From Chrysomallon squamiferum (lineage: Eukaryota > Animalia > Mollusca), in contig CM022666.1 in the NCBI GenBank assembly GCA_012295275.1, positions 6,138,001 through 6,202,000 of the forward strand: a DNA stretch of 64,000 nt, given 5' to 3'. The notes beneath the pieces were generated by a model. It was not told the DNA's origin and made no database searches. It was given only the letters and a program-made list of their open reading frames with translations. A program made the position numbers and the translations under genes. Of the stretch, positions 19,406 through 31,392 are shown one piece after another (position 1 is the first letter of the stretch; each line of letters opens with the position of its first letter).

Positions 19406-21733
19406 ATGTCGGCAGTAACGTTCCTTCTGATTATGGTTATGTCGTTCCAACACCTGCTATCGAAAACAGATGTATACGATTCACATCAGGAAAGTATGTC
19501 ATGATTTTGATTACGGAATGTCTTCTACTTTTACATCAGTTTCAATTCATGTCATATTTAAATAATATCTTTATCGGATATTGCAAGGAAAATAATAAAG
19601 AAAAAAAAACAAAAAATAAATAAATAAATAATAATAATAATAATAATAATATCAACTAGCAAGTCCAATGTTTTATAGTGCTGACATAGAGAAACAGATG
19701 TACAAGCATTCAGTTAACTCAGCTCAGGTTTTCAGAGGTCTACAGGAAAGAGTTTGACAGATACTCAAAGTCTAACACATAGATCAAAGAAATATACTAT
19801 TTTTTTGTTGGTTTTTTTAGCGTTTTCAGGTGTATACAACACAGCAACTAAACAGTGTGAGACAAAGTGGGGTAAAGTAAAAGTAGGAGAAGACATCCAT
19901 CAGTTCTTTTACCAAGGTTCCACTATACTTAAATGCGTTGAGGGTGGTTTCAAAATCGATGAACGAACATCATGTAAGCAATTCATGTAGTCAAAAGCAA
20001 TTCTTTGTTTTCTAGTAAATGTTCTAAATTAAGTAAATACTTAAAAACATAAAGAAAATCTTTCCGGATTTCAGGACGCCAGGTGATATGTCCCGTACCT
20101 GTAACTCGTATTAAATTAGCCTTAAAATTCTCGCAAAGATGGAAAAGAATCTCGGAAGAAACTGTGGAACATAATGTCAGCATGATCTGATGATTGACAC
20201 AAACAAGTCTCAGTGTCAATAGAAACATGTTTATACTTGATAGTCATCATTATTTAAATGCTTATCAGTTAACAACACATCTCAGTAGCTAGTAAAATGT
20301 CGTTTCTGAAGTGCCAAAGTGAGTACAATAATAATAATAATAATAATAAAATTGTTTTTACAGACGTGAAGATTTACGGTACTCGGATTGGAGCCACAAA
20401 CGCGAATACTCCCACTGGGTGTGGTGTCTTCAGATATACTGCTACTGTAAGACAGATTAAGGAAAAAGTAGTCATACACTTTATTATTAAAAAAGATCAG
20501 AGTTCAGGTAAGTAATTTTAGCCTTAATATGTACTTATAGTAACAACAAAAAAATAATAAGATTAATAATCAGAATAATAATTATTATAATAACAATAAT
20601 AATGATGTTGATTATGAATTCGATATAGTAATAGGTATGACAGTTGCTTCTTTTATATATTTTTGTTTTTCGATTAATTTATTACTATTATTATTTATTT
20701 TCTTGTTTTCTTTTTATCTTATTTTTCTTTCTTATTCTTGTTTCGATTTTTAATTTTTGAAGCTCTGGTGTGTAGTTTGCACAAGTTTTATGACTGCCTT
20801 CAATTAGGAAAGACGAGACCAATCAGTCAAGATAAATGCGGATATTTTCAATGTGACAAAACGAACGGCGGAGCAGTCAAAAGGTATTATAAAGGTAAGA
20901 CTTATTGTCTTTACAAGTAACTTACAGGTTGAACTTGCCAAACTCGGCATTCTTAGTTTGGACCTGCACCGTCCAATTTTTGGAATTAAGTTAAAACAGC
21001 CAACACCGAACACTTTAATGAAACTGCGCATGTGTGCCAGTCCAGCCTCTCCAAAAGATCTGTTCTCTCCGTCATAGTCACTATTTTAGTTCTGCTTTTC
21101 TTCAAGATGCAAATAAGAGACGATCTGGGATGTGGCATATTTACATTGAAAACCGGTATCATAAACGTCTACAACTGTCAAGAAACAAGGCACTGCACAG
21201 CAAGAAGCAGTTTGTAAAAATACCGCCAAGATTCCGTGACGATACGAGCGATGTATTTCTGAGTTGTGGGCCTTTCCACGTTTCGAAGGGCCGAACTGAT
21301 GAATTCAACCTGTACTTTTCAAACGTGTCGTAGACAACTACTCACGCTAGTCAAGAAAACAAAACTATAAAAAACAAGTTTAGAACATAAACAATATCAG
21401 TGAAGTGTGTTGAGTATTCTGACAAGAAGATTACAGGTGGTGCTATGGAAAAAAGTTAATTTGAAGATTTCCAGACAAACTTTACACAATGTTTTCTTGT
21501 TCTGAAATTTACCTCTATGCTTCGGCCAATCCTCGTATTTCACATGAAACATTAAAAACAGTGCCAATTTATTTTCTATTTCCTTTCTTACGTTCGTTTC
21601 AGGCTGTTATATCAATCATGCATGTCTCAAGGTTGGGTACAAAAAGCCTGGAACGTGGTATTCGTTCGAATGTGACTGTGTCAACTATGGATATTACAGA
21701 TGTCATGACATTTATGGCCCAGGTTCACAGTAA
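19406..21733 (+). CDS. Uncharacterised secreted cysteine-rich modular protein, copy 2 (intact, 212 aa)
   Basis: Exons 19406-19493 (signal peptide MSAVTFLLIMVMSFQHLLS), 19830-19973 (CETKWGKVKVGEDIHQFFYQGSTILKC), 20364-20507 (VKIYGTRIGATNANTPTGCGVFRY), 20763-20894 (LVCSLHKFYDCLQLGKTRPISQDKCGYFQCDKTNGGAVKRYYK), 21603-21733 (GCYINHACLKVGYKKPGTWYSFECDCVNYGYYRCHDIYGPGSQ*); all GT-AG, phase 1; AATAAA ~21740. Confidence 0.8.
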
Positions 21734-22209
21734 CTGAGAAATAAAGTTTTAGTGATGTTTATAATCTATTACTTTATGTTTTTAAAAACAAAATCTTTTC
21801 CCCGTCGAAAACGGAGTATAATAAATGATTGTACTCTTAGTATTAGTAATAGTAGTAAACGAAGTAGTAGAAGAAGAACAGAAATAGAAATAAAACAGTA
21901 ATAGTATCAGTAGTGATGCAGCAACATCCGCTGAAGTATTAATGATAATAACAGTAGGGGAAGTGTACGCATATTGAACCTGTACCTCTACTGAACCTCT
22001 GGCATTTTTCAGCCTATCACTGTTTGAATCGTGTTTTCCCACTATTGTGTGATTACTCGGTCTATATTGTGCTTTTTGTGATATTAAAGAAAGGAAACAG
22101 AAAATCAGCTAGCAATATTCTAAATGCTTCAAGTGAAATAAGTTTGTTGAAGAATATAGGTAAATTTGAAACTAACAAAACACTGCGTATAGAAATGTCT
22201 GGAAATATA

Positions 22210-22870
22210 ATATTGTTAACAACAGTACTAACATGTAGAACCTGATAATGTTAATAACAGTATTAACATGTAGAACGTAGTAATGTTAATATCAGTAGTA
22301 ACATGTTGTTAGTAATAATGTTAATAACAGTACTAACATGTAGAAAGTAATAATGTTAATATCAGTAGTAACATGTTGTTAGTAATAATGTTAATACCAG
22401 TACTAACATGTAGAAAGTAATAATGTTAATAACAGTACTAACATGTAGAAAGTAATAATGTTAATATCAGTAGTATCGTGTAGAAAGTAATAACGTTGAT
22501 ATCAGTAGTATCATGTTGTAGATAATAATGTTAATAACAGTACTAACATGTAGAATGTAATAATGTTAATATCTGTAGTAACATGTTGTAAATAATAATG
22601 TTAGTATCAGCAGTAACATGTAGAATGTAATAACGTGAATACTAATAGTATCAAGCAGTAAGTAATAATATGAATGCTAGTAGTAACATGTAGTAAATAT
22701 AAACTGTACTTCCAGTAGCAACATGTAATAAGTAAGAATGCCAGTAGGAATAGAATGATGTAGTAAGTAAAAATGTTAACAGAGGTAACATTGAGGAAAA
22801 AGTGATGATACCACTATTAACATGAAGTAAGTAAAATGTTAATATCAGTAGTAACATGTAGAAGGTAACA
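22210..22870. repeat. 35-bp minisatellite array downstream of copy 2
   Basis: Reverse-complement units of the 9590-10775 array. Confidence 0.9.
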
Positions 22871-22989
22871 CTCAAAATTAAAATCAGATGTTTTATAACT
22901 TCTTATTCTTTTCTGCTTTTTATTTTTTTATTTTTTTATTTTTTTATTTTTTTGACTCAAAGGTTTTACTTAAAACATATAAAATATAA

Positions 22990-23189
22990 NNNNNNNNNNN
23001 NNNNNNNNNNNNNNNNNNNNNNNNNNNNNNNNNNNNNNNNNNNNNNNNNNNNNNNNNNNNNNNNNNNNNNNNNNNNNNNNNNNNNNNNNNNNNNNNNNNN
23101 NNNNNNNNNNNNNNNNNNNNNNNNNNNNNNNNNNNNNNNNNNNNNNNNNNNNNNNNNNNNNNNNNNNNNNNNNNNNNNNNNNNNNNNNN
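22990..23189. other. Assembly gap (200 N)
   Basis: Run of exactly 200 N, likely a placeholder size. Confidence 0.99.
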
Positions 23190-23411
23190 CGGCGAAGTTG
23201 ATAATAACAATAATAATGATGATGATGATAATAGTTATGATGGTGATTATGAATTGATATAATAATAGTTATGACAGTTGCTTGTTTTATATATTTTGTT
23301 TTTCGATTAATTTGTTACTATTATTATTTATTTTCTTGTTTTTCTTTTCTCTTTATTTTTCTTTCTCAATCTTGTTTTGATCGTGTCTCATCATATTTTT
23401 TATTCTTCAAG

Positions 23412-24358
23412 CTTCAGTATGTACTTTACACAAGTTTGAGGACTGCTTTACAATAGGAATCACCAGACAAGAAGGATGCACATATTATCGCTGTGAGGAA
23501 TGGTTCGGCGGGAGTATTTAAAAGGCAATATAAAGGTAAGACTTATTCTCTTTACAAGTAACTTACAGGCTGAACTTACCAAACTCGGCATTCTTAGATT
23601 GGACCTTCACCGTCCAATTTTGGGAATTAAATTCAAACAGCGAACACCGAACACTTCAGTGAAACTGCGCATGTGTGCGAGTCCAGCCTCTCCAAAAGAT
23701 CTGTTCTCTCCGTCATAGTCACTATTTTAGTTCTGCTTTTCTTCAAGATGCAAATAAGAGACGATCTGGGATGTGGCATATTTACATAGAAAACCGGCAT
23801 CGTAACGTCTACAACTGTCCAGAAACAAGACACTGCACAGCAAGAAGCAGTTTGCAAAAATAGCGCGAAGATTCCGTGACGATACCAGCGAAATAATATC
23901 AATTTGTGGGCCTTTGCACGTTTCGAATGGCCGAACTGGAGAATTCAACCTGTACTTTTCAAACGCGTCATAGACAACTCATAACGGTAGTTAAGGAAAC
24001 TAAACTAAAACAAAGTTTAGAACATAAACAATATCAGCGAAGTGTGTTGAGACAGGAAGATTACAGGTGGTATTATGGAAAAAAGTTAATTTGGAGATTT
24101 CCAGACATTTCTTTACGCAATGTTTTCTTGTTCTGAAATTTACCTGTATGCTTCAGCCAATCCTCGTATTTCATATGAAACATTAAAAACAGTGCCAATT
24201 TGTTTTTTATTTCCTTTCTTACGTTCGTTTCAGGTTGTATATTGGATGGTGTATGTCGCAATCCTGGGTACCAAAAGCATATCGGCTGGTTTTGGTGGGA
24301 AAAGAAATGTGTGTGTCACCGCAGTGGAATGTACGAATGTTTTGGCTTACATGGATGA
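23412..24358 (+). pseudogene. Cys-rich secreted protein copy 3: exons 4-5 only (5' part lost in gap), +1 frameshift in exon 4
   Basis: Exon 4 23412-23535 is 124 nt vs 123 nt in copies 6/8 (extra G in GGCGGG ~23510); exon 5 24234-24358 GCILDGVCRNPGYQKHIGWFWWEKKCVCHRSGMYECFGLHG*. The frameshift may be a sequencing error. Confidence 0.7.
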
Positions 24359-24844
24359 AATTCACTGTAACTGAGAAATAAAGTTTTAGTGATGTATATA
24401 ATCCATTACTTTATGTTTTTAAAAAAGAATTTTTTCCCTGTCGAAAGCGGAGTATAATAAGTGATAGTATTCTTAGTATTAGTAGCAGTAGTAAACGTAG
24501 TAGTTAAAAAGAACAGAAATAGAAATAAAGCAGTAATAGTATCACTAGTAATCCAGCAACATCCGCTGAAGTATTAATGATAATAACAGTAGGGAAAGTT
24601 TTACACATACTGAACCTGTACCTCTACTGAACCTCTGGCATGTTTCAGCCTTTGACTGTTTCAACCGTGTTTTGCCACTACTGTGTGATTACTCGGTCTA
24701 CATTGTGCATTTTGTGATATTAAAGAAAGGAAACAGAAAATCAGCTAGGAATATTCTAAATGCTTCAAGTGAAATAAGTTTGTTGAAGAATGTAGGTAAA
24801 TTTGAAAATAAGAAAACACTCCGTATAGAAATGTCTGGAAATAT

Positions 24845-25700
24845 AATATTGTTAACAAGAGTACAAACATGTAGAACGTGATAATGTTAATACCAGTAGT
24901 AACATGTAAGTAATCATATTAATAACATGTAGAAAGTAGCAATGTTAATATCAGTAGTAACATGTAGTAATAATGTTAATAACAGTACTAATATGTAGAA
25001 AGTAGTAATGTTAATATGAGTAGTAACATGTAGATAATGTTGTTAATATCAGTAGTAACATGTTGTTAGTAATAATGGTAATAACAGTACTAACATGATG
25101 AAAGTAATAATGTTAATAACAGTAGTAACATGTTGTAAATAATAATGTTAATATCAGTAGTAACATGTTGTAAATAATAATGTTAATATCAGTAGTAACA
25201 TGTTGTAAATAATAATGTTAATATCAGTAGTAACATGTTGTAAGTAATAATGTTAGTATCAGCAGTAACATGTAGAATGTAATAACGTGAATACTGATAG
25301 TATCAAGCAGTAAGTAAAAATGTTAATGCTACTAGTAACATGTAGTAAATATAAATTGTACTTCCAGTAGTAACATGTAGAACGTAATAATGTTAATAAC
25401 AGTAGTAACATGTTGTAAGTAATAATGTTAATAGCAGTAGTAACATGTAGAAAGTAATAATGTGAATGCTAGTAGTAACGTGTAAAATAATGTAAATATA
25501 AATTGTACTTCCAGTAGCAACATGTAATAAGTAAGAATGCCAGTAGAAATAGAAAGATGTAGTATGAAAAAATGTTAACAGCGGTAACATTGAGGAAAAA
25601 TGCAGAGGACAGCAGTAATATGGAACAAGAAAAATGAAAACGTGTTAGTACCACTATTAATATATAGTAAGGAAAATGTTAATATTAGTTGAAACATCTA
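24845..25700. repeat. 35-bp minisatellite array downstream of copy 3
   Basis: Same unit as the other arrays. Confidence 0.9.
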
Positions 25701-25957
25701 CAAGTTAATACTTTAAATTAAAATTTAATTTTTATTTTTATTTTGTTAAAATTCTTGCAAAGATGAAGAGGTAACTCGGAAGGAACTGTGGAACAAAGTG
25801 TCAGCATAATCTGATGATTGACAAAAATAAGTCTCAGTGGCTCAGAAAACAGAAACATGTTTATATTTGTTATTCAACATCATTTAAATGCTTGACAGTT
25901 AACAACACATCTCAGTAGCTAGTAAAATGGATTAGAACTCAATAAAAAATGGGATAG

Positions 25958-25959
<2 letters not shown>

Positions 25960-26050
<91 letters not shown>
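25960..26050. repeat. (CT)n microsatellite
   Basis: Perfect run; homologous runs in intron 2 of other copies (43440-43536, 48142-48230, 55981-56099, 59185-59331). Confidence 0.95.
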
Positions 26051-26056
<6 letters not shown>

Positions 26057-26605
26057 TGAACTGCCACAGTGAGTACAATAGTCACTGCTTTAGTCCTGCT
26101 TTGCCTCAAAATGCAAATAAGAGACGATCTCGGATGTGGCATATTTACATTGAAAACCGGTATCATAACGTCTACAACTGTCCAGAAACAAGACACTGCA
26201 CAGCAAGAAGCAGTTTGTAAGAATAGCGCGAAGATTCCGTGACGATACCAGCGAAATAATATCAATTTGTGGGCCTTTGCACGTTTCGAAGGGCCGAACT
26301 GAAGAATTCAACCTGTACTTTTCAAACGTGTCGTAGACAACTACTCACGCTAGTCAAGAAAACAAAACTATAAAAAAACAAGTTTAGAACATAAACAATA
26401 TCAGCGAAGTGTGTTGAGTATTCTGACATGAAGATTACAGGTGGTATTATGGAAAAAATTAATTTGAAGATTTCCAGACAAACTTTACTGAATATTTTCT
26501 TGTTCTGAAATTTACCTATATGCTTCAGCCAATTCTCGTATTTCACATAAAACATTAAAAACATTGCTAATTTGTTTTCTATTTCCTTTCTTACGTTCGT
26601 TTCAG

Positions 26606-26742
26606 GCTGTATAGTCGATGGTGTATGTCGCCCTCCTGGGTACAAAAAGCATACAGGCTGGTTTTGGTGGGAAAAGGTATGTCTGTGTTCCGGCAATGGT
26701 ATTTACAGTTGTTTCCGCTCGTTTGGATTATATTCACTGTAA
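26606..26742 (+). CDS. Orphan terminal exon (copy 4) of the Cys-rich family; possible alternative last exon
   Basis: Intact TTTCAG acceptor, phase 1, GCIVDGVCRPPGYKKHTGWFWWEKVCLCSGNGIYSCFRSFGLYSL*; exons 1-4 are absent from this fragment. Confidence 0.55.
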
Positions 26743-27838
26743 CTGAGAAATATAATTTTAGTGATGAATATAATCTATTACTTTATGTCTTTAAAAAAGA
26801 AGCACCAAAAAAACAGAGTGTAATGAGTTATAGTATTCATAGTATTAGTAGGTCAGTAAAAGCAGTAGTAGTAGTAGTGGATCAGTGAAAATAAAAGTAG
26901 TAGCAGCACTAGTAGCACTATCAGTAGTAGTACAAGAAGCATTTCTAGTAAAAGATATTCAAGAGCAACAGTAACAGTATTAGTAGCAGTACAATAGCAG
27001 TAGTAGTAGCAGTAATAGTAGCAGTAACAGTGGAAATACACGAGTAAGAGAAGAAGCAGCAGTAGCAACAGACGCGGTAGTAATGGTAGCAGAATTGTAG
27101 CAGTGGTAGTAGTAGTAGAAGTAGTAGTAGAAGAAGAGCAACAAAAATAAAGGTAAAGCAGCAATAGTATCACTAGTAATGCAGCAACATCCGCTGAAGT
27201 ATTAATGATAATAACAGTAGGAGAAGTGTACACATATTGAACCTGTACCTCTACTGAACCTCTGGCACTTCTCAGCCTCTGGTTGTTTGAATCGTGTTTT
27301 GCCACTACTGTGTGATACCTCGGTCTACATTGTGCATTTTGTGATATTAAAGATAGCGGAAGGTCAACCAAGGCGAAAAAAGATGAAAAATCTTATTTCG
27401 CCCATGTCGGTGTAACTGTTTGCTATTTTTGACGGTGTGTAGAACTGGTGTGCATGTAGGTGCATGTGTAGGATATTACATAATTGTCGGTTAGGACATA
27501 GCGGTTGCATATGAAGATCGAAACTGTTGAATTTCACACCTCCTTTCGAAAAATTATAAGCGGGAATTTTTTACATGTAATGCACTATACTGATCCACCA
27601 CACCTGGTGCGTTTTCAGACTGAAAATTTCTAATAAAGGGACGCAACCGTCTTGGGTTCGACCTGAAGAACATTTCACCCATTTGTTTGTTAATACTTCA
27701 TAATGTTTGTGACAAGCTACGTAAATATGTGGGTGAGAGTGTACAGATATGAACAGACATGTTTTGTCCGGTTCCCGTATCAGTTATTTGTTTGCAAATA
27801 AACGCGCATTTTCGTTTGGGTTTTTTGTTGTTGTTTTA

Positions 27839-27900
<62 letters not shown>

Positions 27901-28349
27901 ATTATTATAATTATTATTATTATTATTTTATTTTTATTTTATTTTATATATAAGTATGGGATCCTGTTCATTCGAATATAACTATTTTATTAAAGAAAGT
28001 TGTCGACTGTTATTCTAACCTAAAATTTTAATCATTATGTTATATGTATATATTAATAACAAAATAAATGCAGACACATTTATAATCTTGAATAGGTAGA
28101 ACGCTGTTAAAATAATTTTTTGCTAAATGTACATCTTTGTTGTGTGTATGCGTGTGTGTATGGGTTTCATTTTGTAAATACGTATTTGTCTTGGATTATG
28201 ATTTGTATATGTGTCTGTATCTCTTTTACTCATTTCTTTCTATCTGTCTGTCTTTCAAAATGTACACCAAAGTAAGTTATTAAGTCTGTTACAATTTACA
28301 CTGTATAGAAGACTTGTCACTTTTGCGATTTAGAAATACGAGCCAGGTT

Positions 28350-28700
28350 ATTCTATATTTATCCACCATGATGTAAAGTATTACATATTTACATTCATTT
28401 CATTGGTAGCAGATAAGGACTGTAAATATTAACACAAGTATCTTCAGAATACATACTATGTACATTACACGACTAGTGTTATTCGTCATATTTTTCTGAT
28501 GGTTAGAAATTAGAGAAGTCTTTTGTTTTTGACATGAATGCTAGTATTTAGTATATTCTCGATTTAACAATTTAGTTAATATAGTTCGAAGACAGAGAAC
28601 TAAAATCTGGCGGATTAATTCTTTTAGGTCAAAAGTGAAGCGCTTAATCGATATTCAGTGTAAAGTGGATAATACTGGAGTGTTGCTGGACAGGCTGTTT

Positions 28701-28732
<32 letters not shown>

Positions 28733-29485
28733 GGTAGCTGTTGTTAAAAGACAGCCATATTTTATCCGCAGTTCCTGACGATTAGGTATTACACTGAAGA
28801 ATGTCTGAATATTTTTCAAAGCAATTTTTTTTTGATCGCTCAGTTTCGAGTTGGCTGACAACAAACATATTCACCAGTAATTATGTGTACCAGAGTTGTC
28901 ATCTCGTGATCTTTCTTGTTACGGGTGGACTTCAACACGATCATTCTCTCGACATAAAGCAGTGATCCAGAAATACCAGCCATGTTGTCCAGTGCTCATA
29001 TAAAATAGTATTTTTGTAAGCAACTTTATTTGTGTGTGTGTGTGAGTGAGTGTTTAGTATTAAATAAACATTAAATTTATTTAAAAGATTGTGGATATAT
29101 CGTACACGCCTGTTATTCTATACTTATCAACCAGGATGTAAAGTATTACATGTTTACATACATTTCATTGGTTGTTTATTTCAGCAGATAAGGACTGCAA
29201 ATATTAACACAAGTACCTTCAGAATACATAATCTATACATTAAACGTTTAGTGTTATTAGTCATATTTTTCTGTAGGTTTGTGATCGAAGTTGGACATAT
29301 TTACCGGGCTAAAAGATCAGGTGAGAAATTAGAGAAGTCTTTTGTTTTTCACATGATTGCTAGTATCAATTCAGTTAATATAGTTCAAATACAGAAAACC
29401 TTAATCTGACGGATTAATTCCTTTAGGATTAATCGATATTCAGTGTAAAGTGGATAATATACTGGGGTATTGCTAGATAGGCTGC

Positions 29486-29536
<51 letters not shown>

Positions 29537-29750
29537 TATAAATATTTATTTATTTTAACGTAGCTATTGATAAAACACAGGCATATTTTTTTTTTTTTTT
29601 GGTTCTTCTTGATTAGGCATTACAGTGAAGATTACCAAAATATTTTTCTATGAATTTAATGTTTGATATTAACTTTCTTTAGATCGCTCAGTTTCGAATT
29701 GGCTGACAACAAACATATTCACCAAAAATTATGAGCACCACTGAGGTTAT
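28350..29750. repeat. ~750-830 bp direct tandem duplication upstream of CARD gene
   Basis: 28350-28960 resembles 29110-29740; also present twice at ~61600-63200. Confidence 0.75.
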
Positions 29751-30164
29751 TTAGTGACCTCTGTTGTTATGTGTGCACCTGAACACGATCAGTCTCTTGA
29801 TATAAAGCAGTGAAACGATTGTCCTAGAAAGAAAAACAAATAAACCACACCCAGTATCTAATCTGACCATTACGTGGCGTCGAGCATATTTATAGTTAAG
29901 AATGCAGATGAGAAATCTATGTTTATACCCGATGGGATTTTAGTTATTTTATTCTGGTTGTTTGTTTGTTGTTTTTTGTTCTTTCTTTTGTTGGCGGTGA
30001 TGTTGATGTTATTTGATTAGAAGGAAGGGACATTTTTTAATACACCTTCCCATAGACTACAACATATCTTTTTTTCTGATGAGCATGTTGAGTCCGGATT
30101 ATTCATAATACATACGTACATATTGTTAATGTTCTTCTTTGTGCCTGTGCGTCTGCGTGTGTAT

Positions 30165-30204
<40 letters not shown>

Positions 30205-30361
30205 GTGTGTGTGTGCGTGTGTGTGTGTGAGCGCGCGCGCGTGTGTTAGGGTTATTTATTATATTTTATTACTTTTTATTTTATTTCATTTTGTTTTATG
30301 TCTTATTTTATTTTTGCTTCTTTATTTATTATTTCGTTTTCTTTCTCACTGAGGACTCTCC

Positions 30362-31392
30362 ATGTCATCCGGAATGTTCTCAGATTGTCACGGACCTGGG
30401 ATTTCGCTGGATGAAGAAAAAGCTACGTGGAGGGAGACCAACAAGTCACGTAAACATATGAAATTGGTTTTATCAGCTGTATTATTGTGTGGACATACGT
30501 ACACACATACATACAAACACACATTCATACATGAACACATACATACATACGCACACACTAACATACATACATACATACATACATTGATACATGAAAACAT
30601 ACATACATAAACTGATACATGCATACAAACAAGCGTACACACAGACCTAAAGCAGAGAGAGAGAAAAACAGACGCATAAATATACTAATCACATTCAAGT
30701 AACAACAACGTAGTTATCGTTATACTCCATTTATTTTCCCTGATCTTTTCACTACTTAGACATGAAACGCACACACAGTCACACACACAGACAGGCATAT
30801 ACATCTACATGTGTCTTCTTGTTCTGAGCATTTTATTTATGTTTTGTAAGAAGCACTGGCATCTCAACTTTGTTGCACGCGGAATCCCTTGAGAAGAGAT
30901 GAAACTTTGCTGTAACACATTTAAAACCATACTTTGATATATATATATATATATGGTTTTAAATGTGTTACAGTTAACACTGATGCCAAGGCCTGTCATG
31001 TTAGGGATTCAGAAATGTCAGCCTTACCAGAAAGGGCTGACTCCGCAAAACCTGCGAAGAAGCTGGTTGAACCAGAGAAACGAAATCTGTCTGATGTTTG
31101 TCCAGCTGAAAGCGAGAAACAGTCGCTGTTTGAGAGGTACATCTGGCCAAAGAACAAAGAGTTTGTTGAAACAATGGAGCCAGATGGCGTCCTTGATTAT
31201 CTTTATCAAGAGAATGTCGTCATCTTTGAACAGATGGAAGACATCAGAAGTGCGGGTTGTCGGTCAAATAGAAACAGGAAAATCCTAGACATTATAGCAC
31301 GCAATCCCAAAAGAGTTCAGAAATTCAAACAAGCTTTAATAAATACCAGTCAGAAAGATCTGTCTGAGTTCATAACCTATGACGAGAACTAA
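30362..31392 (+). CDS. CARD (death-fold) domain protein with C-terminal CARD
   Basis: Exon 30974-31392 encodes ...FVETMEPDGVLDYLYQENVVIFEQMEDIRSAGCRSNRNRKILDIIARNPKRVQKFKQALINTSQKDLSEFI, a typical CARD helical pattern. Upstream exon 30362-30449 (MSSGMFSDCHGPG...) splices in frame (phase 1); a 44-nt exon at 29277-29320 is also frame-compatible. Confidence 0.8.

Larger units (their letters stand above)
9480..22989. repeat. Large inverted repeat (palindrome) containing gene copies 1 and 2 head-to-head
   Basis: 9480-~16190 is largely the reverse complement of ~17400-22989 (mirrored ORFs, e.g. 11249-11497 vs 21489-21737); central ~1.2 kb TAG-rich spacer. Confidence 0.9.

Noticed and set aside
20286-20318. 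33-nt micro-exon (LASKMSFLKCQ) with GTGAGT donor before exon 3
   Set aside because: In frame in copies 1/2/5, but the following intron would be only 41-47 nt, the acceptor context is absent in copies 6/8, and it would make the Cys count odd. Left out of the models though not excluded.
20364-20507. Alternative frame of exon 3 containing YCYCKTD (Ly6/quiver-like)
   Set aside because: Stops in the copies examined and incompatible exon phase.
21489-21737. Recurrent ORF MFSCSEIYLYASANPRIS... and other repeated 60-100 aa ORFs
   Set aside because: Wrong-frame or antisense read-through of introns and exon 5; they recur only because the cassette is duplicated.
26853-27371. 172-aa hydrophobic ORF (also 60134-60646)
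   Set aside because: Derived from TAG/CAG simple repeats on the opposite strand.
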